DNA of 64,000 nucleotides from a virus (IMGVR_UViG_3300010429_000218:2528-66527); one strand, 5' to 3'; shown: positions 1 to 7,986, counted from the first letter of the stretch. Made by a program: numbers and translations. The notes: generated by a model not told the origin, from the sequence alone.

Positions 1-76
1 AACACCGGCGCACCGATGCAAAGCATTAGATCGCCGGCATAGATGACGACTGATTGCAGGATGGTGACGATTTCAC

Positions 77-307
77 TCATTCTTCACCTCCGGACTCTGC
101 CCAGCGCATGGCTTTGTTCGCCATGAACAACGCTTCGGCGCAAGTCATCTTGCTCGACCGGATGTAGAGATAACCATCTGCGTCGTAAGCAATAATGAGC
201 ACATCCTGCATACCGTTTTCTGCGTCACATAAAGCAGAATGGAGCGCCTGAAGAGGCGTCATGCTGGTGTTCGGCGCCGGTGACATGCGGATTATTGGAG
301 TGCTCAT
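77..307 (-). CDS. Hypothetical protein, left copy only
   Basis: ORF coupled to neighbours by ATGA overlaps; absent from right copy. Confidence 0.65.
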   Translation of the reverse strand: MSTPIIRMSPAPNTSMTPLQALHSALCDAENGMQDVLIIAYDADGYLYIRSSKMTCAEALFMANKAMRWAESGGEE

Positions 308-477
308 GAATTGCTGCCCTTGAATTCTTCGCACACAAACGTCGGCGCCACGTACTCGCCCAACAGATTGCAGCGCACCATCGGGTAGGCCACGCTCGGG
401 CTGTGGAGCTTGCAGTCCTTGCAGGAGCAGCGCTTGAAGCCCATTGCTTTCATCATGGAATCAACGGTGGCGTTCAT
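304..477 (-). CDS. Small Cys-rich (Zn-binding) protein
   Basis: MNATVDSMMKAMGFKRCSCKDC...RCNLLGEYVAPTFVCEEF; homolog at 59466-59639. Confidence 0.7.
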   Translation of the reverse strand: MNATVDSMMKAMGFKRCSCKDCKLHSPSVAYPMVRCNLLGEYVAPTFVCEEFKGSNS

Positions 478-587
478 TCTTCATCCTTCGGCGTGTGCTG
501 GAAGAAACGCGGGCAGAACCACAGGCAGAAGCCATAGCTGATGCCAAGCCAGATCAGCGCGGCGATAATCAGAGAAAGTAGAGTCAT
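474..587 (-). CDS. Small single-TM membrane protein
   Basis: MTLLSLIIAALIWLGISYGFCLWFCPR; conserved homolog at 59989-60102. Confidence 0.65.
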   Translation of the reverse strand: MTLLSLIIAALIWLGISYGFCLWFCPRFFQHTPKDEE

Positions 588-591
588 GGGC

Positions 592-792
592 CTATTCCTG
601 TTCCTGAATTGTCATATCAACTCCTGCTTGTTTTGCGTACTCTGAAGCTACTGACTTGATGTGATTGATTAGGAGGCGCCGACAAAATGAGCTTTGCGAA
701 ACATCCTGGTCTTCAGCCATGTGCTTCAACGCGACAAACTGTTCGTCTGTCAGGAAAATCTTTACGGTGTGGTCATGGCCTGGCTTTCCCAT
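592..792 (-). CDS. Ribbon-helix-helix-like regulator in CII position
   Basis: TVKIFLTDEQFVALKHMAEDQDVSQSSFCRRLL pattern; downstream of cro and tR1. Confidence 0.6.
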   Translation of the reverse strand: MGKPGHDHTVKIFLTDEQFVALKHMAEDQDVSQSSFCRRLLINHIKSVASEYAKQAGVDMTIQEQE

Positions 793-808
793 ACTTCACC
801 GGAGGAAT

Positions 809-841
809 AAAAAAGCCCACGAACCCGAAGGCTCAGTGGGC
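809..841 (-). terminator. tR1-like intrinsic terminator after cro
   Basis: GCCCAC...GTGGGC stem with CTTCGG loop followed by T6 on - strand. Confidence 0.75.
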
Positions 842-884
842 GAAACCCGGCTGTCAGTCCGGGAGGAGGGAGACACGGTTAGCA

Positions 885-1079
885 TCAGGCCGATTCCTTG
901 GTCTTGACGGACTCCGGATCAACAACATCCGGCCTGATTTGCGCGAAGAATTTCAGCCAATGCCAAGGAACCCCGTTCTCAGAAGTTCGCCATTGGGACA
1001 CGGCGCCGGTAGTCACCCCGGTAAGTTCCGCTACAGCAGATGTACCGCCAAGCGAGTCGATAATTTTGTTTGCATTCAT
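885..1079 (-). CDS. cro: Cro-like HTH repressor
   Basis: IIDSLGGTSAVAELTGVTTGAVSQW..NGVP; Cro/YdaS-type HTH next to operators. Confidence 0.85.
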   Translation of the reverse strand: MNANKIIDSLGGTSAVAELTGVTTGAVSQWRTSENGVPWHWLKFFAQIRPDVVDPESVKTKESA

Positions 1080-1085
1080 GCCGCT

Positions 1086-1114
1086 ATCTTAGCGAACTAA
1101 GACCATGTGCGCAA
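1086..1114 (-). promoter_or_regulatory. PR promoter (near-leaderless cro transcript)
   Basis: TTGCGC-N17-TAAGAT on - strand, ATG 6 nt after the -10; same in right copy at 61101-61129. Confidence 0.75.
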
Positions 1115-1229
1115 GCCAACTAAGAAATATTTTCTTTAGTATGCTCAACATGACGGTTTTTGGCATAGTCGCAAATTATTTTCTTAGAGAACTAAAAATA
1201 GATTGACGCACAGTCCTTAGTTGGCTAAG
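1088..1229. promoter_or_regulatory. Operator array, consensus CTTAG-N4-CTAAG
   Basis: Perfect sites 1088-1101 and 1216-1229; degenerate sites 1111-1124, 1135-1148, 1183-1196; overlap PR and PL. Confidence 0.8.
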
Positions 1230-1231
1230 AT
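1203..1231 (+). promoter_or_regulatory. PL early promoter
   Basis: TTGACG-N17-TAAGAT overlapping an operator; same at 62922-62950. Confidence 0.8.
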
Positions 1232-1371
1232 GCAGTCGTAGAAACAAACCGCCAGCCGCAGCCGGTAATGCCGGGCAGAGACTCTAGCAACACAAGTTCG
1301 ATGCAGCCGCAGTGGTACTAGAAGCACAAGAGATTAGTAGGAATTAGCAGTCAGCAACGGAGGGAAACAAG

Positions 1372-1548
1372 ATGCCATGCATATACAACCAGGCCACCGG
1401 AGAAGTCGAAACTCTTCTTGAGCGTTATCAGCGCGAAGCCGAGTTCGATGCTTATCTAGCGTGGCGCATGGAACAGGCCATGAAGGCGGTCAATGAAGTA
1501 TCGAAGCAGCACAACCGCACCGCAATGACCTACGGAGTCTGCAAGTAA
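1372..1548 (+). CDS. Hypothetical early protein
   Basis: GGAGGG RBS; C-terminal half RMEQAMxAVNEVSxQHNRT..TYGVxK shared with 63202-63354. Confidence 0.7.
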   Translation: MPCIYNQATGEVETLLERYQREAEFDAYLAWRMEQAMKAVNEVSKQHNRTAMTYGVCK

Positions 1549-1628
1549 ATCAAGTCCCAAAGGCATCTGGCCGGAGTCAATGCAGCCCTGCAACGATGGG
1601 TAGGCAACTCAACACAGAGGGACTTGAT
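1549..1628 (+). ncRNA. Conserved structured non-coding block B
   Basis: ATCAAGTCCC...GGGACTTGAT 10-bp closing stem; identical at 63355-63434 while adjacent codons diverge. Confidence 0.5.
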
Positions 1629-1662
1629 GTATTTGCAGCAACCAACCAACAAGGAGTAACAA

Positions 1663-1926
1663 ATGTCTCGTCCCGTAATCATCTGCACCGAACACCGTGG
1701 CGTTTTCTTCGGCTATGCCGACGACACCAACGGAAACACTATCCATCTCAAAAATGCCCGAATGGCAATCACTTTCGGCACCACGAAAGGCATCATGGAA
1801 CTTGCAGAAACCGGCCCAACTTCGCGCTCCAAGATCAGCGCAAAAGCAGACATTGAGGTTCGCAAGGTTACGGCTGTCTTTGAAGTATCAGGAGAGGCAA
1901 AAGCCAAATGGGACGCGATCAAGTGA
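1663..1926 (+). CDS. DUF6948-like phage protein
   Basis: VIICTEHRGVFFG...LKNARM...GIMELAETGP pattern; AAGGAG RBS. Confidence 0.75.
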   Translation: MSRPVIICTEHRGVFFGYADDTNGNTIHLKNARMAITFGTTKGIMELAETGPTSRSKISAKADIEVRKVTAVFEVSGEAKAKWDAIK

Positions 1927-2210
1927 CCTGGTTTGACTTCCTTGAACGCATTACAGCCGTCGATTTGCTTGATGCAGGCGCGTGCGTTGATGGTGTCAAA
2001 GAATCCGTCGAAAAAAATTCTGCGCTTGCAATGAACACCTCCGACGCTGTTCAGATTTCTGAATGGGCTTCGAAAGCAGCACATGCAGACGGCTACGGCT
2101 ACGGCTACGGCCACGGCTATGGCAACGGCTACGGCTACGGCTACGGCTACGGCGACGGCCACGGCCACGGCGACGGCGACGGCTACGGCCACGGCTACGG
2201 CGACGAATAG
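1923..2210 (+). CDS. Gly-Tyr/Gly-Asp repeat protein
   Basis: GTGA overlap with upstream gene; GAC.DGV motif then GYGYGYGHGYGNG...; 6-nt NACGGC repeats 2088-2201. Confidence 0.75.
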   Translation: MTWFDFLERITAVDLLDAGACVDGVKESVEKNSALAMNTSDAVQISEWASKAAHADGYGYGYGHGYGNGYGYGYGYGDGHGHGDGDGYGHGYGDE

Positions 2211-2251
2211 CAAAACCAGCACGAATTAGTAGCAACAAAACGGAGGTCGAC

Positions 2252-2449
2252 ATGACCAAGCAACAAGTAGCAAAGGCAACGCCAGCGTTCTTTGGTGCTG
2301 GACATGAATATGTTTTCCAGGTTGGCGATAAGCAGGAAGTCGTTGTAGCAGGAAACCAGACCGATGCCACCGCTGCGCTGTACGCCTATCTCAAGGCACA
2401 TGGCAATGACAGCAAGGTTGAGTTCGTCGAAGAACACAACGCTGAATAA
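2252..2449 (+). CDS. Hypothetical protein
   Basis: GGAGG RBS; protein identical to 63565-63762 with only synonymous changes. Confidence 0.85.
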   Translation: MTKQQVAKATPAFFGAGHEYVFQVGDKQEVVVAGNQTDATAALYAYLKAHGNDSKVEFVEEHNAE

Positions 2450-2462
2450 CAAGGGAATGACC

Positions 2463-2657
2463 ATGAACAACGAGCCGAAATTTGGCGCAGCAATCCCGAA
2501 GGATGAATGGATTCAGCGCACCGCCACAACCGATCCGAATCCGCGCATTCCGTTCTCTGGAATCTACTACCAGGACGAAATCAAGATGCCGTTCTTTGAG
2601 CACTTGATTGCTGGAACGGTGTTTGGATTTGCCATCGGCGCGATTCTTTTTTCTTAA
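2463..2657 (+). CDS. Hypothetical protein with C-terminal TM helix
   Basis: Conserved at 63776-63970; hydrophobic end LIAGTVFGFAIGAILFS. Confidence 0.8.
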   Translation: MNNEPKFGAAIPKDEWIQRTATTDPNPRIPFSGIYYQDEIKMPFFEHLIAGTVFGFAIGAILFS

Positions 2658-2681
2658 CCAAAGCAGCTTCTAACTAGGCTG

Positions 2682-2806
2682 CACAGTGAAGCGGCGGCAC
2701 GGAAGGACGTGCGGACAGAGATGCGGGTTATCGGCGTGACGAACCGACCGTCATCCAGTGGATGTCAAAACACTAGCCGGAATCAAGCCCGGCCCGCTTC
2801 ACTGTG
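2682..2806 (+). ncRNA. tRNA-like structured RNA (not a canonical tRNA)
   Basis: 13-bp closing stem CACAGTGAAGCGG/CCGCTTCACTGTG, D-like arm GCAC-GGAAGGAC-GTGC, T-like arm GCCGG-AATCAAGC-CCGGC. Confidence 0.55.
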
Positions 2807-2922
2807 AAACGTAGCAAACGGAACCCAAGGCCACAAGCCGAACGCTTGAGTTCTCCGGATCGCGTAACCGGCATGATTAACGCTGACGTAACCGGCATTG
2901 CGCTTGAGAAAGGAAACGAAGA

Positions 2923-3165
2923 ATGACGACGCTTATTGCACAAGGTCAAGTTGACGCCGATGTTAGGCAGAATTTCAAGGACTTGGAACAAGCTGCATTT
3001 GAAAAATGGCTTCGAGACAAGTGCCCGTCAGGCGATGTTGAGTCTGTGCAACGGCAGTGGATTGAAAGCTACGAGTACGCAGAACTGATCGACGATCAGG
3101 ACCCGGAATGGCAAAACGATGTGCAGGCCGCTTTCGGCGGAATTGTTCAGAAACCGCAAGGATGA
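2923..3165 (+). CDS. Hypothetical protein
   Basis: ORF with AAGGAAA RBS in early operon. Confidence 0.6.
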   Translation: MTTLIAQGQVDADVRQNFKDLEQAAFEKWLRDKCPSGDVESVQRQWIESYEYAELIDDQDPEWQNDVQAAFGGIVQKPQG

Positions 3166-3276
3166 TTCCTAACAACGAGCAGCACCCCGCTGTCAGTTCG
3201 AGATGACATGAACAGGCCACAGGACGAGTAATGAAGAACTCTCACGGCCAGCGGGATTTTTAATACAGAGGGAAAC

Positions 3277-3879
3277 ATGATTGCTATTAAATACAGATTT
3301 ACCGGAGCGACGATTTGCGAGTTTGACGTTAAGACGATCAAAGAAGCTGTTGCTTATGCTGTTGAGCAGAAAATCAACCTGAGCGGCAGCGACCTGAGCG
3401 GCATCGACCTGAGCGGCAGCGACCTGAGCGGCAGCAACCTGAGCGGCAGCAACCTGAGCTACAGCAACCTGAGCTACAGCAACCTGAGCGGCAGCGACCT
3501 GAGCTACAGCAACCTGAGCGGCAGCAACCTGAGCTACAGCAACCTGAGCGGCAGCGACCTGAGCGGCAGCGACCTGAGCGGCAGCAACCTGAGCTACAGC
3601 AACTTGATCGGCAGCGACCTGAGCGGCAGCTACCTGAGCGGCATCAAAATCGACGGCGAAGAAATAACAAAACCACCGCTGTCAATTACCGGACTGTATT
3701 ACAGATGCTTAATAACAGATGGATACATGCGACTCGGATGCAAGCGTTACACGCATGCAGAGTGGTCTGAATTCAATGATTCAGAAATTGCAGCAATGGA
3801 TTCACATGCAACCGAATTTTGGAATCAGTGGAAATTGCCACTGCTTGCAATGTGCAAACAACATGCGGAGTCAAAATGA
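3277..3879 (+). CDS. Pentapeptide-repeat protein
   Basis: 18 tandem (N/D)LS(G/Y)S repeats; C-terminal MRLGC..THAEW domain typical of phage pentapeptide proteins. Confidence 0.9.
   Translation: MIAIKYRFTGATICEFDVKTIKEAVAYAVEQKINLSGSDLSGIDLSGSDLSGSNLSGSNLSYSNLSYSNLSGSDLSYSNLSGSNLSYSNLSGSDLSGSDLSGSNLSYSNLIGSDLSGSYLSGIKIDGEEITKPPLSITGLYYRCLITDGYMRLGCKRYTHAEWSEFNDSEIAAMDSHATEFWNQWKLPLLAMCKQHAESK
3376..3645 (+). repeat. 18 x 15-bp coding tandem repeat
   Basis: Units like AACCTGAGCGGCAGC / GACCTGAGCTACAGC. Confidence 0.95.
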
Positions 3880-4052
3880 ACACGCAAATGCATTCACTAC
3901 GCGAGCAGCCGCAGACGCTACGGAATTACCGCGATTTTCATGCGGCCAATGACGAGCGCGAAGGATTCAGCCTTATCGAGATTGTCGGGATTGTTTTTCT
4001 CGCCTTCTGCGTCGGTTTCACGATTCTTGCACTTGCTATTCCTGGAGGTTGA
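3876..4052 (+). CDS. Small membrane protein
   Basis: ATGA overlap; C-terminal TM segment. Confidence 0.6.
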   Translation: MNTQMHSLREQPQTLRNYRDFHAANDEREGFSLIEIVGIVFLAFCVGFTILALAIPGG

Positions 4053-4053
4053 T

Positions 4054-4350
4054 ATGAAACACAAGATCAAACAGACTGCATTTGTTCATGCAGAAAAAGA
4101 CTGTGTGAAAGGTGGACATAATCTCGTTTTGTATTACAGCGATATGAGCCAATATGGATACATATTTATTGGCGAAGTTGAAGTATCAGTTGATTACGAC
4201 CTGCCTGATAACTTCAATTACACGCAAGCCGAGATTGATGTTTTGCGCAAGGAACAAAAGCGCATTCAGGCCGAAGCGCAAAACAAGGTTACGCGTATTG
4301 AGGAAAAGATTCAAAGCCTGCTGTGCATTGAACACAAGGCCGCAGCATGA
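4054..4350 (+). CDS. Hypothetical coiled-coil protein
   Basis: GGAGG RBS; ends IEEKIQSLLCIEH, a common phage early-gene pattern. Confidence 0.75.
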   Translation: MKHKIKQTAFVHAEKDCVKGGHNLVLYYSDMSQYGYIFIGEVEVSVDYDLPDNFNYTQAEIDVLRKEQKRIQAEAQNKVTRIEEKIQSLLCIEHKAAA

Positions 4351-4586
4351 CCTCGCCAAACACGATCATCGCTGACATGCAGGCAGATATTGATGCGCTG
4401 CGAAAAGAGCGCGATGAATTGATTAATGCGCAATGGACGATAGCGCGAGGATGCGCTGCGCTGGCAATCGAGAAGTGTAAAAACGCCACCGGACAACGAC
4501 GAACAATCGACCTTTATGTTTCTGCGAATCAGTGCGCTGAAGATATTTTCACGGCGATTGAAAAGGCAAAAGTAACGCCATGCTAA
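4347..4586 (+). CDS. Hypothetical protein
   Basis: ATGA-coupled ORF. Confidence 0.6.
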   Translation: MTSPNTIIADMQADIDALRKERDELINAQWTIARGCAALAIEKCKNATGQRRTIDLYVSANQCAEDIFTAIEKAKVTPC

Positions 4587-4783
4587 ACATTTCTCACCTA
4601 GTCACAAGCCGTCAGACATTCCGCGTCGAATTGACCAGAAAGCCGACGATTAACGAAGGCCAGAACATCCGCCGCCAGGTTGAGTATGTAAAGGCATACG
4701 ACAAGGCAGAAGCAAAGGCCATTGCACTGGCGATGCCACAGAACGAAGCCTTTCGCGTTTCTTCTTTGAAGGAAATCAAATGA
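4580..4783 (+). CDS. Hypothetical protein
   Basis: Coupled ORF upstream of ERF. Confidence 0.6.
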   Translation: MLNISHLVTSRQTFRVELTRKPTINEGQNIRRQVEYVKAYDKAEAKAIALAMPQNEAFRVSSLKEIK

Positions 4784-5385
4784 ACATTTACCAGCGCATC
4801 AATGAAGTTCGCAAAGCCATCGGATATGTCCAAAAGGACAAGGCAGTTTCAACTGGCGGCGGATCGTACAAGGCAGTGACGCATGATGCAGTTACCGGCA
4901 TGGTTCGCGCTGCATTAATCGAGCATGGAGTGGTTATCGTGCCTTCGGTTGTTTCATCGGTGTTCAACGCGAAAGAACCGGAAGCAAAGCAGCGCCTTTA
5001 TGAAGCGACGTTCCAGATTGAGTTTGTGAATATGGACGAACCAACGGACAGGATCGTGACGCATCAGACCGCGCACGCCTTGGACAATGGAGACAAAGCG
5101 CCGGGCAAGGCCATGAGCTACGCGACGAAATACGCCATCCTGAAGTTGTTCAATATCGAAACCGGAGAAGACGAGGAAAGCCGGTATCAACAAGATGAAT
5201 TCGATATTGTCGGGGCCGTCGATTACATCCTCGCCAGCACCAGCATTGCTGAACTGAAAATGCGTTATGGACAGCGTTACAAGCTGGCCGAAGATGCGAA
5301 AAGCAAAGACGCAATGAAAGCGATCATCGTCGCAAAGGACAAGGCAAAGAAAGCCATTGAAACAGAAATGGCAGGCCAAGCATGA
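4780..5385 (+). CDS. erf: ERF-family single-strand annealing protein
   Basis: DKAPGKAMSYATKYAILKLFNIETGED motif; precedes exonuclease and SSB. Confidence 0.88.
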   Translation: MNIYQRINEVRKAIGYVQKDKAVSTGGGSYKAVTHDAVTGMVRAALIEHGVVIVPSVVSSVFNAKEPEAKQRLYEATFQIEFVNMDEPTDRIVTHQTAHALDNGDKAPGKAMSYATKYAILKLFNIETGEDEESRYQQDEFDIVGAVDYILASTSIAELKMRYGQRYKLAEDAKSKDAMKAIIVAKDKAKKAIETEMAGQA

Positions 5386-6005
5386 ACCAGGGAAGCGCCG
5401 AATGGCTGCAATCCCGCTGTGGGCTTGTCACAGCATCACGTATCAATGACGTGCTGGCAACGATCAAATCTGGCGAAGCGGCAACCCGTGCCAGCTACCG
5501 AATCCAGTTGGTCGCCGAACGACTGAGCGGCAAGCCCGCCGAATCATTTACAAACGCTGCGATGAAATGGGGAACGGAAACCGAACCTTTCGCCCGCGCC
5601 GCGTATGAGTTGGAAACCGGCTTCATGGTCGATCAAGTCGGGTTGATTCGCCACGCTGAAATTGTGTTTTCAGGCGCTTCTCCGGATGGCCTGATTAACG
5701 ATGATGGCCTGATAGAAATCAAATGCCCGGAAACAAAAACCCACATTGAATATGCGCTGGCCGGGAAAGCGCCTTCAAAGTATCAGAATCAAATGCTCTG
5801 GCAGATGGAATGCACTGGTCGTCAATGGTGCGATTTCGCATCGTTCGATCCACGCATGCCGTCTGATATGCAGTTGTTCATTGTTCGATTTGAGCGCGAT
5901 CAGGCTCGGATTGACGGGATCAAATCTGAAGTTATCAAGTTTTTGGCAGAGGTCGAAGATTCAATTAACCGGCTTCGCTCAATTTTCAAAAAGGAAATTA
6001 AATGA
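5382..6005 (+). CDS. YqaJ/lambda-exonuclease family nuclease
   Basis: QGSAEWLQSRCG.VTAS, GASPDGL, IEIKCP, QMLWQM motifs. Confidence 0.93.
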   Translation: MNQGSAEWLQSRCGLVTASRINDVLATIKSGEAATRASYRIQLVAERLSGKPAESFTNAAMKWGTETEPFARAAYELETGFMVDQVGLIRHAEIVFSGASPDGLINDDGLIEIKCPETKTHIEYALAGKAPSKYQNQMLWQMECTGRQWCDFASFDPRMPSDMQLFIVRFERDQARIDGIKSEVIKFLAEVEDSINRLRSIFKKEIK

Positions 6006-6409
6006 ACGTATTTACCGCAGTTGTCAGGATTGGCTCTGATCCTGAGCAGAAATACACGGCAGGCGGCGATTCAGTCGTCACGTTTAACGCTGCCGTGGAT
6101 TCTGGATATGGCGACAAGAAAGTTACTACCTGGATTCGCTATACGATGTGGGGGAAGCGCGGAGAGTCTGTTCTTCCATACATTAACAAAGGCTCACAAG
6201 TTGCCGTATCCGGCGAATTGACTAACCGACCGTGGAAAGACAAAGAAGGACAGGATCGTTATTCGCTTGAGGTCCGGGTCAATGAACTGACGCTTATCGG
6301 AGGAAAGCAGAATAGTGCAAATGTACCTGAACAAAAAGCGCCGGATAGTGCAAATAGCCAAAAATCGAAGCCGAAATTTGATGATCTTGACGATTCAATT
6401 CCGTTCTGA
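6002..6409 (+). CDS. ssb: Single-stranded DNA-binding protein
   Basis: OB-fold motifs (KGSQVAVSGEL..R.W.DKEGQ.RY) and acidic DDSIPF tail. Confidence 0.95.
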   Translation: MNVFTAVVRIGSDPEQKYTAGGDSVVTFNAAVDSGYGDKKVTTWIRYTMWGKRGESVLPYINKGSQVAVSGELTNRPWKDKEGQDRYSLEVRVNELTLIGGKQNSANVPEQKAPDSANSQKSKPKFDDLDDSIPF

Positions 6410-6548
6410 GGTCTGACTGTACCTGACAAACAAAACAGTCCCGCTTGGAAACAGGCGGCAAATTGAAGGAGGTTAGCAGGCTCTTGGAACAAGCCTGTGT
6501 TGTTTGATCTAGTCGCCTTCAATTTGAACAAGACAGCGAGGAAACAAA

Positions 6549-6842
6549 ATGGAAAGCGAAAATATTAAGGTATGGATTACAAAGTATGCGCTGACCATCG
6601 GAATTGAAGTTTTCGATGGAGTTGTTCACGAAAACGAAGACATGGTTGCATATAGAAATGTTGGTTATGGCGATCAATATGCGCGTGGAAAAGACTGGCA
6701 CCGCACCTATGAAGAGGCGGTAGAAAGAGCAGAAGAGATGCGCGTTAAAAAGATAAAATCTTTGCGAAAAAGTATAGCGAAGCTGGAAAAGCTGTCTTTT
6801 TCTGATAACTGCAACAACCAAGATAACAAGATAAATAAATGA
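6549..6842 (+). CDS. Hypothetical phage protein
   Basis: VWITKYALT.GI...DWHRT.EEA..RAEEMR..KI.SL.K.I.KLE pattern. Confidence 0.75.
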   Translation: MESENIKVWITKYALTIGIEVFDGVVHENEDMVAYRNVGYGDQYARGKDWHRTYEEAVERAEEMRVKKIKSLRKSIAKLEKLSFSDNCNNQDNKINK

Positions 6843-7210
6843 CCACCCTATCCATCCTATTCGGCCTGAAGCCGTTCGCTCCGACATTTCGAGAAATCAG
6901 CAGCACGCCGTTTATAGACGGGAAGCCAAAGCAGGAACTGAAGCCAGCGACGATCAAGCGCAAGGAAAACAAAGCAAATCGCGGATGCCTGCGTATCTCG
7001 CAGCAGCAGAGCAAGAAACTACGAGCTGACGTTATTAAGACGCTGGCCGCTGGTGGAAAATATACCGCCAGGACGATGGCTGAAAAGATTGGCTTTGCTC
7101 AGTCTGCCGTTCGTCGCCATCTTCAAACAATGGCTGCATGTAACGCGATTGAAAGCGAAACGATTTGCAGCCCGGCGTATGACGTGACTTGGTACTGGAT
7201 TTCAGAATGA
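6839..7210 (+). CDS. Winged-HTH domain protein
   Basis: YTARTMAEKIGFAQSAVRRHLQTM HTH. Confidence 0.65.
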   Translation: MTTLSILFGLKPFAPTFREISSTPFIDGKPKQELKPATIKRKENKANRGCLRISQQQSKKLRADVIKTLAAGGKYTARTMAEKIGFAQSAVRRHLQTMAACNAIESETICSPAYDVTWYWISE

Positions 7211-7623
7211 GAAAACAATCCACCTACCGACCGAAGCGCGTATCGCCTCCGATGCTCATCAATCGCGGGCTGCAAAACGATGATCTTGAAATGCGCGAGC
7301 GGATGATTGCCGAAGCGTTTTCAGGCGGATGGGCGACTGAACGGCACTTTGACGAAATTACTGACATGCGCAACCTGCTGACGATTGCTGCGGCGCACAA
7401 AGACGACCAAGGCGTACTTGGAATTTGCCATGCAATGTCAATCGTCATGAACAACATACGCACCCGCTATGCAGAGACTCAGCGCATGGGCGTCAGTGGC
7501 GATGAAGTGAAATTGTTGCGTGAATTCTGCGGAATCTATGCGGATTTCTGGCTACGGCAAAGCGTTGGACTATACGAGCGTTGCTGCGATGAATTGAATT
7601 TATTGATGGAGCGTGCGAAATGA
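7207..7623 (+). CDS. Hypothetical protein
   Basis: MRKQSTYRPKRV start; ATGA-coupled. Confidence 0.7.
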   Translation: MRKQSTYRPKRVSPPMLINRGLQNDDLEMRERMIAEAFSGGWATERHFDEITDMRNLLTIAAAHKDDQGVLGICHAMSIVMNNIRTRYAETQRMGVSGDEVKLLREFCGIYADFWLRQSVGLYERCCDELNLLMERAK

Positions 7624-7961
7624 CCACCGAACAAGAACGTAAGATGCTGGAAGCTGCGGCAAAGGCGTGCGGGGTAACGCTTGAACGCGAAATCAGCGGA
7701 AAGAAGCCACACAGACTAATAGAGCATGAAAGCGGTGAGGGACGCATCTCAGTACCTTGGAACCCCCTCACCAACCCCGCCGACACTGCCGAGATGTGCG
7801 CGGAGCTTGGGATTGACTGGATTAACAGCGTTGATTCTGTGATCTCTGTGTCTGCTGAGTATGATTGCGAGGCTTTTCTAAAAGACCACGACAACTCCCG
7901 CATGAAGGCGTTGATGTACGCTGCGACGATGGTTGCGGCAAAGATTGGAGACTTGAAATGA
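7620..7961 (+). CDS. Hypothetical protein (WNPL family), paralog of 53775-54176
   Basis: LEAAAKACG...WNPLTNPAD...LGI...AATMVAAKIG. Confidence 0.75.
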   Translation: MTTEQERKMLEAAAKACGVTLEREISGKKPHRLIEHESGEGRISVPWNPLTNPADTAEMCAELGIDWINSVDSVISVSAEYDCEAFLKDHDNSRMKALMYAATMVAAKIGDLK

Positions 7962-7986
7962 CCACCGAACAACGGAAGATGCCGAG

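Larger units (their letters stand above)
1..2686. repeat. Left copy of diverged long direct repeat (immunity/early region)
   Basis: 1-66 matches ~59390-59456; cro, PR/PL, 1549-1628 and 2252-2686 match 60900-61165, 62893-62950, 63355-63434 and 63565-63998, with many synonymous changes and indels. Confidence 0.95.

Noticed and set aside
2088-2201. Short tandem repeats as a CRISPR array or non-coding satellite
   Set aside because: 6-bp units without spacers, in frame within a Gly-X repeat protein; no cas genes
1713-2370. VAVAVA and Arg-rich ORFs in the ORF track
   Set aside because: Alternative-frame and antisense shadows of the Gly-Tyr repeat gene
1-2686. Ordinary terminal redundancy or circular-assembly overlap
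   Set aside because: Copies differ by synonymous substitutions and whole-gene cassettes, so they are distinct alleles
2682-2806. Canonical tRNA gene
   Set aside because: No 7-nt anticodon loop, 8-nt T-like loop without TTC, no CCA; kept only as tRNA-like
3376-3645. 15-bp repeat array as CRISPR or DGR template/variable repeats
   Set aside because: Contiguous coding pentapeptide repeats; no spacers and no reverse transcriptase recognised in the window
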